This document shows, piece after piece, positions 30,575-32,000 of a stretch of DNA of 32,000 nucleotides. Below the pieces are notes generated by a model. It had not been told where the DNA came from and did not search any database. It worked only from the letters and a program-made list of their open reading frames with translations. Each line of letters begins with the position of its first letter. Within the stretch, counting starts at the first letter, position 1. The position numbers and the translations under genes were made by a program. Origin of the DNA: Pasteurellaceae bacterium RH1A (GTDB lineage: Bacteria > Pseudomonadota > Gammaproteobacteria > Enterobacterales > Pasteurellaceae); contig CP015195.1 in assembly GCA_012221805.1 (NCBI GenBank), positions 883,771 to 915,770 on the forward strand, in the 5' to 3' direction.

Positions 30575-32000
30575 ATGAAACAGATTGAACAAAACCCCTT
30601 CAGAGTGATCGGGGTACTGGCCAACACAATGAAAAAGAGCTATTGAAGCAGAAGAATCGTTTTACAGCCTTTGCCAGAGCTAACAAATCTCTCTCTTCTG
30701 AGCTTGATTTTTCTTTTTTAACTCCCTTGTCTCGTGACAGTGAAATGATCAACAAGGCTTTCTCAGCCATTGAGTTAGCTGAAGATCGGGTTTTCCATGC
30801 CCTTTTGTGGTTTAGTAATAATACGCCTAGCGATACGATTTTTATTGATACGCTTAAAGCAGGAGAAAATGCTAAGGCACAAGAGTTGTTGGAAAAATTT
30901 ACTAGCAATAGAGCAATCTCTGCTCGAAATGTTTTTAATTTTAATAATATCTCAACTCTGTATTTTTTGGAAAATAACTTTAATAAAGCCCTATCCCTTA
31001 AATTAAGTTTAATTGAATCTGAGGCTTGGGATAATTTTGTGACAGGGATAACTGATGAAAATACTCGGGTTTCTAGCCATAAGATTATTGAGAGAGTGAT
31101 TGATGCCTTTGTTTCTGAAATAGAAACTTGTTTTGATACATCAGGATATAGAAATACAAAAAATAGTCTTACCATTCAAGATGGGTATGCGAGAAAATAT
31201 CTTGTTAAGAAGTTTTCTGATGAAGATCTCCATTATGTGGAAGGTTTAGTAGATAAAACAGAAAAAGAACGAAAAGGTAGGCCTGAAATAGCTGAAAAAT
31301 TGGCTTATAAGCTACATAAAGAATGCCAAGAAAAATTAAAAAAATTAAAAAATATTTTAGGGGAAATGGATCTGCAATACCAAATCCTAAGCGATCAGGT
31401 TGCTCAAGAAATAAATCAGTGTTCCATTGATTATTACAATTCTTCAGAAAGAAATGTTACTAAAGATTGTTTACCACTTTTGGAGCTTGCTCAACAATAT
31501 GCCACCCAAGCCTCAACAAGGAATAAGATTCAAGAAGATATTGAAACCATTAATGCAAAAATTGAAGAAGAAAAAATTAGTGGGGATTTAGAATCTATTC
31601 AATTTGAAATAAAGAGAATGACAGATAATTCACACTCCACTAATTCTAGTCTTAAGAAGCACGCTGAAAGGTGCTATTATCTATTGAAAAACATTAAAAA
31701 TGTAAATAAGGAACTTTATTTAAATCTATCTGATTTAATTGTCAATATTATACTAAGCAAATCTATTGAAATAGTGAATAAGGCCCAAGAAAAATTTTCT
31801 AGAGATAAAGACTTGGGGAATTTAAACTCTACACTTATCCATGCTGTTTCATTACTGAATTATCTTTCTTCTTTTGATATGGGGAATGATATAAGACAAC
31901 GTTTTATAACAAACAAGAATGTATTGGATAAATTATATTCTGAAGTTTCTACAGCGTATAAATCTCAAGTATCTGAAACATATAAAAATACTTCATCTCG
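30575..32000 (+). CDS. Large uncharacterised alpha-helical protein, 3'-partial (runs off the window), with an N-terminal frame break; not in the supplied ORF track
   Basis: My hand translation of the frame starting at 30589 is stop-free for 470 codons to 32000, in visibly AT-rich DNA. The ATG at 30575 (frame +1 relative to that frame) encodes MKQIEQNPFRVIGVLANT and then hits TGA at 30644. The two frames overlap over 30589..30646, and joining them near 30628 gives ...GVLANT(N)EKELLKQKNRFTAFARA... Confidence 0.6.

Noticed and set aside
30600-31175. Track ORF 30600..31175 (-), 191 aa
   Set aside because: It is an antisense shadow of the 470-codon plus-strand frame, with a low-complexity junk-like sequence and no RBS.

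Overview
This window looks like a chromosomal segment of a Pasteurellaceae genome. The gene content fits (zipA-cysZ, mltF, asd, potABC, rnt-gloA, tbpBA), and there are several copies of the Apl-type uptake signal sequence ACAAGCGGTC. Most of the window is housekeeping genes: yeeE/yeeD sulfur-transport pair, NCS2 purine permease, zipA, cysZ, mltF, tpx, asd, lacZ, a DASS transporter, rlmKL, potABC, rnt and gloA. Accessory material is interspersed among them. (1) Two related but clearly diverged 1089-bp IS elements each carry 24-bp terminal inverted repeats and their own 8-bp target duplications. Both sit in the T-tract of an intrinsic terminator, and together they bracket a Fur-box-controlled tbpB-tbpA transferrin-receptor operon plus tpx. 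(2) A palindromic MITE-like repeat occurs once intergenically (131 bp, next to asd) and once embedded in frame inside rlmKL. (3) A 63-bp structured direct repeat flanks the yeeE-yeeD cassette. (4) A secreted subtype-B tannase homologue is present. (5) A hicAB toxin-antitoxin pair is inserted next to rnt. (6) The 3' end holds a visibly AT-rich island with an XRE regulator divergent from a large gene that the ORF track does not list. That gene is open for 470 codons to the window edge, has a J-domain-like N-terminus and an N-terminal frame break. This island is my best candidate for an uncharacterised system, but it is truncated by the window and I cannot assign a function. I saw no rRNA, tRNA or CRISPR array.
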